DNA of 64,000 nt from the human T2T-CHM13v2.0 reference genome, Homo sapiens. Numbering within the stretch: position 1 is the first letter of the stretch; every line of letters begins with the position of its first letter. Shown here piece after piece: positions 18,271 to 35,984 of the stretch. The stretch lies in the NCBI RefSeq assembly GCF_009914755.1, contig NC_060928.1; one strand, given 5' to 3'. The notes under the pieces were generated by a model. That model saw only the letters and a list, made by a program, of their open reading frames with translations, was not told where the DNA came from and ran no database searches. Made by a program: the position numbers and the translations under genes.

Positions 18271-18995
18271 TCAGGCCCCCGTTCCGCTTTACAACCACTT
18301 TGTCCAACATCCACTGTGTAATTCCTGCCCTGTGGTCTGCTGACCCCGAAGCACGGTCAAGGTAGCAATTCTCATCTCTTCTCAAGAAGCCTCGTGAGCT
18401 TAAATAACTGCCCTGCTCTACCTTCCTAAATAACCTCCAAATCTTTTTGACTGCAGTTTCTATAGGTTAAAAAAGTTGAGCATGTTTCAAATATGTTCTT
18501 TTAATAGGAATTTAAAGGATGAAACAAAAACCAATATTTAATATAAGCAGAATGACTAAGTTTTCCTCCCATATTCTCTGAAGTACTCATGTCCCACTTT
18601 TGAGACCTCTGCTCGAAACCCACAACACCTTTCTGGTTCCTGCAGAACCAGTACCTCCCCTTCTCTGCACCTTTCTGCTCCATGGTGGCATCTTTCCCAT
18701 GCACGTTATTCGTCTGCTGCCTGGGCCATGTCTAGATACCAAAGCATGCTGTGGGCCGTAAGGTACAGGCCCATGAGCTCCCTGAAGGCAGCTCCCAGGT
18801 TTTGTGCCTTTGTTATATCTCCCAGTGTCAAGAGCTTTCTGTTGAGGGCCCTAGGGGAAGGCACTTAGAATCATGTATTTTTGGATACAAGCAAGAGCTC
18901 TGTCACCAACCAGTTGGCTGACCTTGAGCCAGCCACTTATCTTTTCTTGGTCTCATTTCTTCATCTGTAACATGAAAGATTGGCAATACTTTTTG

Positions 18996-19550
<555 letters not shown>

Positions 19551-19883
19551 CAGATTGACAATACTTATCACACAAAATTATTGGAAAGACTCAATAGCAT
19601 AATTGTGTTAAATGATGTTAAAAGCATAAAGCATTGTGTAAGTGGTGGGGGGTGAAGTGAGTCAGTGCTAAGAATTTCAGGCACTGTGGTGAGCCTGGTG
19701 GGGAAATATCTGGGGGCAAGGGGTCCTTTCACATCACACCTTTTAGATGTCCAATCTGAGCCAGCTCCAGGTGAGGCAGCTGTAGTTGTCAGCTCACCTG
19801 TACCCTGCAGGGATTGGTCTCACCCACCAGGCAGGTCAGATCAAGCAGCCCTGCCCCTCCTCTCTGCTCCCTTAGCAGGCTTA

Positions 19884-20093
<210 letters not shown>

Positions 20094-20658
20094 CTAAACA
20101 GACAGGAAGGGTCCCATTTCTCTGGTTATAGCTCTGTATAGAGACATCCTGTGTACACAGAATAGCCATCAGACCTGAAAGGCGGGTATATGCACAGCAG
20201 AAGCCCTGAGTCAGTGGAATTCAGTGGCCCAGGGCTCATCAAATCTCTCCTCATCCTCTGGCCTTCCTTTAGTGAGGATTAAATGAGATAAAGTGGTAAA
20301 AAAAAAATGCTCAGGGAGTGTTAGAAATACTAACTGCTGCTACTTGTAGAGATGGGGCTCTGTGCTTTTGTGGGGCTCACATAACTGAATCATCCATGAT
20401 CCTGCTCTCTATAAACACAAAGTCCTGGGGATTTTAGGTTGCTATGAAACTAACAGGGGCTTTAGAATCAGGCTGACCTGAGTTCAAACACTTATTAGCC
20501 ATGTGCCAATGTAGGCTAGTCCTTACGCCTCTCAATTTCAGTCTTAGCTTCTCATCTGTAGACTGTAGGTTTCCAAGTTCTCCAACGTTAGGGACCAAGT
20601 CTAACTCACCACGTGTCCCTTGCCCATAGCCCTGGGCCTGGCAGATAGTCAGTGTTCA

Positions 20659-21096
<438 letters not shown>

Positions 21097-21139
21097 TCAC
21101 CTCCGTAGAAGGCAAGTGCTTAGCACAGTGCCTGATCTA

Positions 21140-22099
<960 letters not shown>

Positions 22100-22360
22100 T
22101 TATTAGAAACTGTTCCCAGGAGAAGCCAGTGAGAGAGCTGCAAAGTGCGACAGGGAAGGACTTGGATTGGGAGCAAAGGGGTGACATTGCACAAAGGCCC
22201 CAGAGAGGGCAGCTTTGGCCGAATTCCGAAGGGGACCTCTGTAGTACGGTGGGAATCCACGGAAGAGTTTTAAAGCAGAGAAGTGATGTCATCTCATTTG
22301 TTCAGAAGGAACACTTTGGAATGCAAACCCCGGAACAAAACATTTAGAAAACTGGACCCA

Positions 22361-22990
<630 letters not shown>

Positions 22991-23265
22991 AACACAAAAG
23001 AAAAAAAAATGCTTTCTTTGCTGTGTGAAGAACTGAATGAAGGAAGACAGGAGCACAATGAGAAGCCCGGGAATGAAGAATGACTCTTAGGATGTTGGCC
23101 TGAGCCACAGGTCGGTGTTTCCTGAAATGGGAAAAACTGTAGGTAGAACAGGTAAGCAGAAGAAAATCGGGAAGTCTAATTTGGACATAGTAAGTTTGAT
23201 GTGCCCCTGGACATACTAGTGGAGATGGCACCAAGGCATAAACAGAGATAAATGTCCAGCGCTCA

Positions 23266-24298
<1,033 letters not shown>

Positions 24299-26475
24299 TC
24301 ATTTTTAGGAAGAGGGAAGCCAGTGGTCTACTTTACAGTGTGTGGCATCAGAGGCTGTGTTGAGTTACAGTTCTCTCTGCTTTGCTATGAGATTTTCCTC
24401 AGTCAGGTTCATCTGAATGAGTTCAGAGAAGAACAGGAAGGATGGATGGGTTATCTGGAGTTGGAGTTTTATTTGGTGGGTGTGACAGAAAGAGAAGACA
24501 AGGTATTTTCAAGGTCCAGCAAGATGGAAAGATGGAGCAGAAGTAGTTTTTTGGTGATGACAAGGCCAAGTGGCAAAGGGAGCATGTGACTGAGGCCAAG
24601 TAGAGGAAAAGATCACTGGAGATAAGGGGGTCAAAGACTGAGAAATCCAGGGCAGAGTGAACCCCACATGAGACGTCCTCACTGAGAACAATGCAAGAGA
24701 AGCTGGGCTGGTGTAGACGCCGTGGAGTCAGATGCCAAACACGACACTGGCTGCCTGGGGCATTTACAATCAGAAAAGTTTTCCTGAAGACTCCCCATCA
24801 CACCCTTTCACACGGACTTTTAGCCTTTGTGGGTTGCTGGTTTTTCCTTATCCATGAGGCTGTCTATTGAACTACACTCTAACTTCATTGCCAAGTTCCT
24901 ATTACTGATTCACCCATGGTTTTCAAACTGCACTCCTTGTAGTCTTGAGTTCTCTGATAGAGGTCAGGGCAACATCAGGGATCCTGGGGGAGGCTGAGCA
25001 AGTGGGGAGCCCCCTATCAACCATGGAAGAGCTTTCACACTCAGCCTTCCCTAGCATAGAGTTTAGAAAACAAAAAAAAAGCTTTGTATGGCTTTAAAAA
25101 AAAGTCAAAAACTAGAGGCTTAGATAATTATGAAATAGAAAATAGGCCAATCGGGAATAGTGTATGAGAGGAAGTTTTGGGTATCACTGTGTGCCTGTGT
25201 GTCTGTGCATGTGTGCATTCATTACAAAATCATCATCGACGGCCAGATGGCACCACTAGAGGTGACATGTGTAATAGATTTAATAACGGTTTACCTGGAG
25301 GCTGCAGATGTTGAAGAAAGAGTGAACGTATAACCACGACACAGCCTAAGATCTTACTTTTCATTGTCTCTGTCTGATATAGCCATCAGTTTTTTGTCTG
25401 TCTTCCTCACCAGAATGTAAACTCCAGGAGAGAGAAGCTTGGTCTTCCTTGTTCATTACTCTCCATCCCCAGTGCCTGGCTCAAGTGGACACTCTAAAAA
25501 TTATTATGCGAATGAGTGAATAAAGGAGTCAGAACTCCATCTTAAAGAATGTAACTCAAGGTGCGATATGAATGTGACATCTTGTGAAGCCCTGGGAGAA
25601 TAAGCACTACCTTGAGGACCATGAATCCAACACTCTGTCATGGACAGGAGAAGGAAGTCCCCTTGTCCTTCCAGGAAGATCCTGCAATGAAATGAAGTGC
25701 TGTCTCCAAAACTCCTCCCTCTCATCACTTGGTGCACAGGATTTGGCCACTTCTGTTAATTTCCGTGACCTTCTAATGACTTCCATCCAAGAATATATCT
25801 GGAAGCTGAAATTGGTTTCCCACTGGCTATAATTTATGTTAATAACAGATACCATTTTAATCAAATTTACTATGTGCCTAGCACAGGGATAGGTGCTATA
25901 TACACATTCACAATCTCAGAGGATCCTCATGGCAACCCTGCAATTTGGTATTTTTCTGAGCAAATGGGGTTCAGAGAAGTTCAGTAGCTTTTGTGAAGTC
26001 TCATATAAGAAGGTTTGAGTAATGCTGAAGCACACGTTCTACACATGGTGCCACACTGCATCTCACCGTCTCACTCAGTCATTTATTCATTCGCGGATTC
26101 ACTGCACATCTCGGATGTGGCAGGCTCTGTGCTGGGCACTGGGGTTACCTGCTGGCCAATAAGACAACTGAATTTGCAACCTCAGAAATATTTTAATCCA
26201 GTAGGAGAGTCAGACAAGAAAATGGAAAGTTTCAATGCACTGCGATGAGTACTACGAGAGGATTCGTCACCAGTTACTATGGAAACACAGAGGAAGCGGT
26301 CTGGGAGGAAAGAAGACTTCCCAGAAAAAGTGGGCCTTGCCTCCTCATCCTTGGGGTGGCCAATCCCCTTTTCCATGTCAAGCTGCACATGGACAAGAAC
26401 CGTATCACTTCTTTGGGCTGCTCGACAGCACTTGGTATACAGTTGAGTATACAGTAGGTTCACAGTAAGTATCTG

Positions 26476-26895
26476 CTATGGGGCTGCTGTAGGTCATCAA
26501 GGATTCACGCTTTCCTTCCACAGCGAAGAGCTGCTGCAGAACAGCCATTGAGCAGAGGCCCCATTTCCTAGCTCCTTTCATTTAGGTGAGGTCCTATGAC
26601 TGGTGATTGCCAATGGAATTTGGGTAGATGGGGTGATGTGTGTCATCCTGGGGCCAATGTGGGGACATTAAGAAGGGCTTATGTCCTTTCCACAGTTTCT
26701 TTTTTCATCTGCAAACTTAATGCAGAGGAGTCAGAGGCCTTAGAGGAAGGCAGAGTTCAAGATGGAAGGCATCCGAGCCCTGAAGGACCAGGGAGAAGGC
26801 CACCTACTCCCTCAGGAACACTGTCTGTCATTGATCTTTATGGCAATAACTACCGTGTTGAGCCTCTGACATCTTGGCATTTATCTGTAACAGCA
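26476..26895. mobile_element. MLT1-type (MaLR) LTR remnant
   Basis: Degenerate MLT1-like motifs. Confidence 0.5.
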
Positions 26896-26906
26896 TCTAT
26901 TAGTAC

Positions 26907-27290
26907 CTGTTTGGGGTCCCTGAGACTAACTCCAGGTTTAACCATTCATTAGAGGATTCAGTATATAGCCATGCTCGGGGCTATGATTTATGACAGTGAA
27001 AGGTACAAAGTAAAATCAGCTAAAAGGAAACGTGCATGGGATGAAATCTGGAGGAAATTTAGGGGCAAGCTTCCAAGGTGCCCACCCAAAATTAACACAA
27101 AATCAGATTCAGGGTGAGGGTAGCAGAGAGGGTACCACATGGTGGGCTCACAATGTCTAAGGGCACTTTGGCATGTTCACATGGAGCCACAGTGTCTGGC
27201 AACCAAAGTCCCCAAATCCAACAAAATGTGGTATCCCTTGGGGACACCAAGGATCTGCCTGAACTGTTCTGTCAGGCTGAAATCTGGTAA
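26907..27290. mobile_element. MER21-like LTR fragment
   Basis: tgtttggggtccctgagact...ggctatgatttatgacagtgaaagg signature. Confidence 0.5.
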
Positions 27291-27516
27291 ATGGTTCCTC
27301 CCCTCCCCTTCCCCTCACCTCCCTGCACAGAAGGTTACTTATATATCCTTTCAGGGATAGTGTGTACATAAACAAGAATGTTATGTTACATACTCCATAT
27401 CACATATTTTCGCCGTCTTTTATACACATACACATTCATCTGCACCTTGATTTTTTTAAACTTCATAATAGATTTTGGAGACCATGCTATTTCTGTACAT
27501 AAAGAAATTAATGTTG

Positions 27517-27832
<316 letters not shown>

Positions 27833-27834
27833 GA

Positions 27835-28115
27835 AATTAATGGGGTCAAAAGACACAAAATTTCAATTAAAGGAATAAATTCAAGAGATCTTTCATATAG
27901 CACAGTGACTGTAGTTAATAACAATATACTGTATATTTGAAAATTGCTAAGAGAGCAGATTTTAAGTGTTCTCACCACAAAAAATGATAAGCATGTGGGG
28001 TAATGCATATGTTAAATAGCCTGATTTAGCTACTCCATCACATTTGCATACATCAAAACATCATGCTGGAAACCATAAATGTATACAATTTTTACTTGTC
28101 AGTTTAAAAAAAAAG
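27835..28115 (+). mobile_element. L1MA-type 3' end fragment
   Basis: gaaaattgctaagagagcagattttaagtgttctcaccac motif and A-tail. Confidence 0.7.
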
Positions 28116-28664
28116 AGATTTCTTATTTTAATTTTTGGCTGCTTCATGTGCCATTGTGTAAGTTATAATTTATTTCTCTGCCTCCTTCTGAGAGCCGTTA
28201 AGTCATTTCTGTGGGAGATTATCGACATGTTTCTTATTTCACTGTTATTAAGTAAAATTTTCTTTACTCTTTTTTCCATTTCTGCCAGTAAGCCTGAAGT
28301 CTGCTTTTTGCTTATAAATGCAACTAATAAAATTCCAATGCCTGGCCTTAAAAAACTCATCTTCATAATTAATACAGGAGCCTCAGAAAGAGATGCAAGA
28401 GGAAGGAGGACAACATACCTGCCATCTTGTGTCATAAAACTAGCTCAAAGAATGTTGAGAATGCTTGCAAGCATCCAGTGTGTCTTCCTGTGCAATGTGG
28501 AGATGTGTGCAAGTGTTCACCACTGACCATGCAAGGGCACTCCTGGGACTGCTCCCCAGGACATGTACTTACTCTTACCACATCCTCTCTTTTCTCCACC
28601 CTCTCCACTCCCTTCCCCTCATTCTATACTTGTTCTCTGAGCTTGACCCTTTTTCCTCTCCCAG

Positions 28665-28970
28665 GTTTTTTTGTTTGTTTGTTTTTTGAGAGACAGGGTC
28701 TCTATGTCCCAGGCTGGAGTGCAGTGGTGTTATTATGGCTCACTGCAACCTTGACCTCCTGGGCTCAAGTGATCCTCCCACCTCAGCCTCCTGAGTACCT
28801 GGGATTACAGGTGCATACCACCATGCCTGGATGATTATTTCATTTTACTTTTTACAGACAGGGTCTCATTATGTTGCCCAGGTTGGTCTCGAACTCCTGG
28901 GCTCAAGTCATCTGCTCGCCTCAGCCTCCAAGAGTGCTGGGATTATAGGTGTGTGTCACTGTGCCCAGCC
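28665..28970 (-). mobile_element. AluJ
   Basis: Divergent full dimer. Confidence 0.85.
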
Positions 28971-29130
28971 CTCTCCTAGTTTAACAGTCTCTTTTCATCT
29001 TAACATCTGTCCTTTTACAGCCTGTCCCTCATGGTCAATCATTTCAATTACATTCTTGTTGACATCTCCAATCCCCTGCTCAGCTCATCTTTAGCCTTGC
29101 ATTCTTGGCATTCTCAATACCAGAGCTTAC

Positions 29131-29436
29131 CCTTTATTTTATTTTATTTTATTCTATTCTATTGTCTCCCTCTGTCTTCCAGGCTGAAGTGCAGTGGTGT
29201 GATCTTGGCTCACTGCAACCTCTGCCTCCTGAGTCCAAGCGAGTCTCCTGCCTCAGTCTGAGTAGCTGGGACTAAAGGCACATGCCACCATACCTGGCTA
29301 GTTTTTTGTATTTTTAGTAAAGATGGGGTTTCACCATGTTGGCCAGGCTGGTCTAGATCTTCTGACTTCAGGTGATACACCTGCCTCAGCCTCCCAAAGT
29401 GCTAGGATCATCAGTGAGAAACACTGCACCCTGCCC
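29131..29436 (-). mobile_element. AluS
   Basis: Dimer with (TTTTA)n tail; TSD ccaga(g/a)ctta. Confidence 0.85.
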
Positions 29437-30208
29437 AGAACTTATCTTTTAAAATGTGCTCAAGTTATTTCATCTCTCTGAAGCTCAGTTTTCTTGCCTG
29501 TAAAATAGAGAGAATCCAGGCCCAGTTTTTGTGAGGATCAAATAGGGTAATATATCTTAGGTGTCTGGCACGTAGTAAATACTTATTAAACGTTTCTTCC
29601 TTCCCTCCTCTCTCACCCAATCTCCTCCAAAGGAAAGGTCCCATGTTTTAGAGACACAATCTCCTCCAACTTGTTCTGAATATCTGAAATCATTGAGCAG
29701 ATTTTGAGCAGTCCGCTCTTCTCCTGGGCTTCATGCCTCACAGGTCGCTTGGCAACTCTTCTGCCATCTGCTTGCTTGCTTTCACTCACCACCTTCTAGA
29801 CTGGAACATCAGACTGCTCCAGGCCTCATTTATAAACCCACCTCCTACGGGGGAGGCTGACTTCAGAATCCATCAAGGCACATAAATAATTCAGCAGCCA
29901 AGAGAAATTCTGAGCAAGTCAAAACGACTTCCTAAGAGTTTTAGAAATCCACTGCTGATGGGTTGACGTCAGAGGAGATTTCAGCAGAGGCCTGTTAGGG
30001 TCGTAGAGATTGAGTGTTGTAGGTTTAACAAGGCTCTAATTAATGGCTTTTAAGCATCAGATCCTGATGACAGTTTTCATCAAGTTTGGCAGCAGGAATC
30101 AGAATTGAAATGAAAAAGAAAAAAAAAAGGACATAATATCTGTTGAGGGCCCAGAGTATGACATTCACTGGGCCAGATAATTTACATGTGTCTTTTCAAT
30201 TAATCTAT

Positions 30209-30285
30209 TTAGGTTGGTGCAAATGTAATCGTGGTAATCGCAAAAAGTAATGGGGAAAGCCGTGATTACTTTTAAACCAACCTAA
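30209..30285. mobile_element. MADE1 (Hsmar1-derived MITE)
   Basis: About 80 bp with TIRs ttaggttggtgcaaa...ttttaaaccaacctaa, flanked by TA. Confidence 0.8.
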
Positions 30286-30805
30286 TAACAATTCTACAAA
30301 GTGAATGTTTTTATGCTTAGCCTTATTTTACAGATGGGGCTAACTTCATATGTAGGGGTAATATAATAGAACTCCACCTTTTTCTAGATGTGTGAACTTC
30401 AGTACGTTGCTGAACCTGAGTCTCAGTTACCTTATCCAAGACATGCGGAGAGTTTTGTTTGGAGATCAAATGACATTATGAACCAAAAACCCTTCACAGC
30501 ACTCTTAAGCACTTAACCCTTCTTAAGCTCTTAAAAAATTCATTAGTTATGATTTTTACTATTATCGGTATTACTGCCAGAAGTCATTGAGCTAAAAAGT
30601 GAGAGTGCTGGGATTCAAATCCAAATCCTTCTGGGTCCAAAGTTAAAAGAGTAGAATCATACCTTGTTTAGAAAAAAAAAGCTGGTAATATGCTTTTACT
30701 CAATGTTTTTGCAGCATTTCCTATATGCCTGGCATGATACTAGGCATGGGAAAAACAGAACAAATAAGACCATTCTGTTGAGGGGCTTATAGGCTAGTAG
30801 AGTGT

Positions 30806-31240
30806 GGCAGACTACATTATTTGTCCGTATAATAATCTTCGCCCTTTCTTTCCCCTTCCTTGCCATGGTCTGTGGATGGCATTTATTTGTCTTCCCCATT
30901 GATGTTGAACTTGGCTGTGTGACTTGCTTTGGCCAAGGGAATGTGAGTGGACTTGTTGCAAGCAAAGGCTTTTGATATGTTTATGTGCTTTGGCTTGCCC
31001 TCTTGTGCTTCTACCACTTGCTACAAGAAAAGCCTGTGCTGGGTACCCACGGGTCCCAGAATGAGAGACACAGAGCAGGCTGGACCCCACCCCAGAGTGT
31101 GGAATGCAACTGGCTCAGCCAAACCCAGCTGAAATCAGCTGAACAGCAGTGAAACTGAGCAGGAAATAACTCACTGCTGTAGCCATTGAGATTTAGAGTT
31201 GTTTGTTACACAGAATTATTGCAGGAACATCTGCCTAATA
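30806..31240. mobile_element. MLT1-type LTR
   Basis: tgtggcagact start; ggctgtgtgacttgctttggccaa and gttgtttgttacacag motifs. Confidence 0.65.
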
Positions 31241-31278
31241 CACAAAGTGAGATAGAAAAGAAAGCCAATTAGTATGTA

Positions 31279-31832
31279 CAGTAGTTGTCCCTTATCTGAG
31301 GGGGATACCTTCCAAGATGCCCACTGGATGTCTGAAAGCTTGGCTGGTACAACCCCTATAGACACTATGTTTTTTCCTATACGTATGTACATATCTGTGA
31401 TAAGGCTTAATTTATAAACTAGGCACAATAAGAGGTTAACAACAATCACTAGTAATAAAATAGAACACTTATAACAATGTACTAGCATCACTGCTCTTGA
31501 GCTTTGGGGCCATTATGAGGTAAGAATAAGGCTTATGTACTTGAAAACAAGCACTGTGACAGTTGATCTGATAATCGAGACAGCTACTAGTGACTAATGG
31601 GCAGGTAGGGACTACAGCGCCGATACTCTGGACAAGGGTATGATTCACATCCCAGGAGGAAAAGAGGAGGACGGCACAAGATTTCATCATGCTACTCACA
31701 ACGACAAATAATTTAAAACTTATGAATTGTTTATTTCTGGAATTTTCCATTTCATATTTTCAAGACTTCTTTGGTCCACCTTGGGTAACTAAAACCTTGG
31801 AAAGCAAGACCACAGAAAAAAAGGGACTACTG
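31279..31832. mobile_element. MER44/Tigger7-derived DNA transposon
   Basis: TIRs cagtagttgtcccttatc ... aagggactactg; internal aaaacttatgaattgtttatttctggaattttccattt. Confidence 0.8.
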
Positions 31833-31999
31833 TCTAGGGATATTTCAAGTACTTTGCTAGAAGTCTGTAGAGGTGCAGAGAAAGGCACAGGGGAGGAAAG
31901 GATCACATTGCTCCAGTAATCCCCCCTTTTCTCCTTCATTACCATTAGTGGATCACTCCTATCAATACATAACTGTGCTGTAATTTTTATCATGAACAA

Positions 32000-32695
32000 A
32001 AATCTTTATTTTAACCCCACATTCTCCATTTTTCTACACCCCTTTATAGCAAACTCCTCAAATACTCTATAACCATTGTTACTAATTTCTCAACTTCCCT
32101 ATTCCTCTTGAATTATCACCAATCAGGCTTTTACACCAACTAATCCACTCAAACAGCTCATCAGAGTCACTAGTGATGTCCATGTTACTAAAACAATACC
32201 CAGTTCTCAGTCTTCATCTGTTCAACTTTTCAGCAGCATTAGAGCTAATGAATCACTCCCTCTTCTTGAAATATTGTCTTCTCTTGGCTTCCGCAATAGA
32301 ACATACTCCTACTGACCGCTGACCACTCCTTCTCATCTCTTTGGCTAGTTACATCCTCCTCAACTCCCATCCTTCACATAGGAATGCCCCAGAGTGTTAG
32401 CCTCAGTCTGTTTCTATTCTTTTGCAAAAATTTCCTTGGGGTCTCACTCAATTCCATTATTTAATGCATTCTCTATTTGCTAATGACTCCCAAATTTATA
32501 TGACCAGGCTGGACCTGCCACCTGAACGTCATACTCATGTATTCTGTTGCTTACCAATATCTCTACTTGGATATTGAACCTGCAGCTCAAATTTAATTCT
32601 GGATTTTTCCTTTTAATACCTGCTCTTCCCACAATATTCCTCATCTCATTTCACAGGAACTCCTTTCTTTCAATTGCTAACGTCAAAAATTTTAG
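32000..32695 (+). mobile_element. L2 ORF2 fragment
   Basis: Pyrimidine-rich degenerate L2 body (aatcaggctttt...gctaatgactcccaaatttata). Confidence 0.65.
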
Positions 32696-32696
32696 A

Positions 32697-33290
<594 letters not shown>

Positions 33291-33426
33291 TTTGCTTATC
33301 TTTCTCTCTAAAATATAAATTACATGCAGGTGAAAAAGTTCGTCTGCAGAGTTCACTACCAGATCCCCAAAGAGTGGCTGGCTCATGGAAAGGACCCTAA
33401 TATTTGTTGAATGAATAAAAAATCTC

Positions 33427-33755
<329 letters not shown>

Positions 33756-35984
33756 CTAGCAGAAAGGGCATCCGAGTGCAGAGGATACCCAAGTTGGGTT
33801 TGGAAAGGTGAGCAAATGTCACCCAGGTGGACAGGAAGGGGAAGAAAATACTGATAAGGGAAGTACCATGAGCAGGAAGTAGCGCAAAGGCATGGCATAG
33901 AGGCAAGACATGCAAGGGGCGTCCTCCGGGGCAGAGCCGAGGTGAAGGGCATTGGCAGGGAAGAGGAGCGCACCATGACATGACGCTGGACAGGTGGGCA
34001 GGGGTCAGACCCTCACAAGTCCAGCATCCATGTTAGCGAGTGCTGACTTTGTCCTGTTTGCTAGCACATGGTGATCATGCAGACTCCCAGGCCCTGCCCC
34101 AGACAGCCTGATGTGGAGAGTCTGGGGGAGGTCCCGAGATATGCATTTTTAACATTCCCTCGCAATGGGCCTAAGATCTGAAAGCCAGATGGATGCATAC
34201 TTTGGAGACTTGTGGTATGTGTTCCACGCAGGAAGTTTCTCTCACAAGATTCGGCCTCTTGGGAGTTAGGGGGAATAACACTGCATCTCATAACTGCATC
34301 TCTGGAATCGTTGCAGAGAGCAGTCTGGTTGAGATGCAGGCAGGAAGAAGAGTTAAGGAAGGGGCCAGGGAAGGGAGTTTGGGCTAGAGAGCTGTCCAGG
34401 AGGAGGAGTGGCAGGGCCAGTGACTCACTGGGTGTGGAGAGGGGGAGACGGAAGAGTCCAGAAGATTCTGCAGCTTGTGTGACTGAGGGTATGGCTATCC
34501 CATTTCTACTGGGAAGCAGAGCTTCCTGGGATCACAGGACACCAAAAGGCCACAGTCACTGCTCTTGACTCACATCCCTGCACACAGAGCGGAGCTTCAG
34601 TGTTCTGGGCACCAAGTCAGAAAAGAGGACTAACTAAACCGCCAGAAGGAAGCCCTGGATTCGGGTGCTGAGAGGCCTGGGGAGAGCAGAGGTTGTGTGG
34701 TTACTGTCCCTTCCTTTAAGAAAACAGGCTCAAACAGGTCCCCAACAAAGCTGGGCTCCTTCCAGCAAATGAGCTTGGAATGGATTTCTAGATAGATCCA
34801 AAACGCTAATTAAAATCTCATCATTGCTCATCAGAGAGCTGTTGCTAGGCACCTAGCTGCACATGGCATTGAACTGTGAGACATCAGCTTCTGAGTAATT
34901 GAAACCCAACTGTTCTCCAAACCAATTTAGGCTGAGACTTAGCTGAAAGACGAGGGTGGGCTCCCAGGAAGGTTCTTAATGAGAGCCCCACCGTCTACAG
35001 GCCCAGTCCAACCCTCACACAGAACACAGGCCTGGACTCTTTCCCAGGGAGTCTCCCCACTGCATAAGATGGGGGTCTGGAAAGGGATCATCTTGTTTAT
35101 TTCAAATCTCGAATGACTTGCTTAGAGTTTTTGGAAAGCACCTTTGGTTGGCCAACCTGGTTAATAAACATGTGTATGCGTGAATGATTTTTTTTATGAA
35201 TAAAAACAATACAAAGAAATCTTAACACTTTTCATAGGAAATATTATGAGAGAGAATTAATCCAAGCGGGAGCATCAAACCCTATAACCATGCATACAAA
35301 TGGAATTGCGAAAATTCAAACGCAGACAGAGCAGCTCTTCCAGTTCACCTCTTTATATGCCAATTTTACATATTTAAATCCTGAAAGCAGCTTTTGTGTG
35401 CAGATCTAAATAGACATGCATATCCATTTTTCCATATGAATGGTATAACAATGTGTGCTACCATTATTTTTGCATAGCACTTTCCAGTTCACCAAGCAAC
35501 TTTACAAGGTAAACCCCGCAGCATGATAAATATAAACATATTGAATGCTCGTTCTAACTGAATTTTTACTTTTGCCACTATTCGCAGCAGAGAAAAATCT
35601 CTTTAACTATTTTCTAGTTCATTTATTGTAGCTTCTGCAAAATCCTCAAATAAACAGTATGCTTCAAGTTATATATTATTGTCCAAACAACACCATCACA
35701 AAACCCAAACATCCATTTATGATACTTAGGTCACCTTTGCCAGTTGTCTTCCCAGCAATGGCTGAATTTCTGTGCCCTGACTGCACGTGGCCTCGAGTGT
35801 AGCAGCGGGTAGTTTTGCTAATGATTCTGTTGAATTCTCAGTTTATGGGTTATGGGTCAGATGCTGCTCACTTAACCTGCACATCAGAAATGGAAGGGCC
35901 ACACTGGGTCAAGTCCACGGCCAGCCCATCTCTTGTCTCTGACTTATGCTCTCAGTAGCGTCTGTATACAGTCCATGACAGTCT

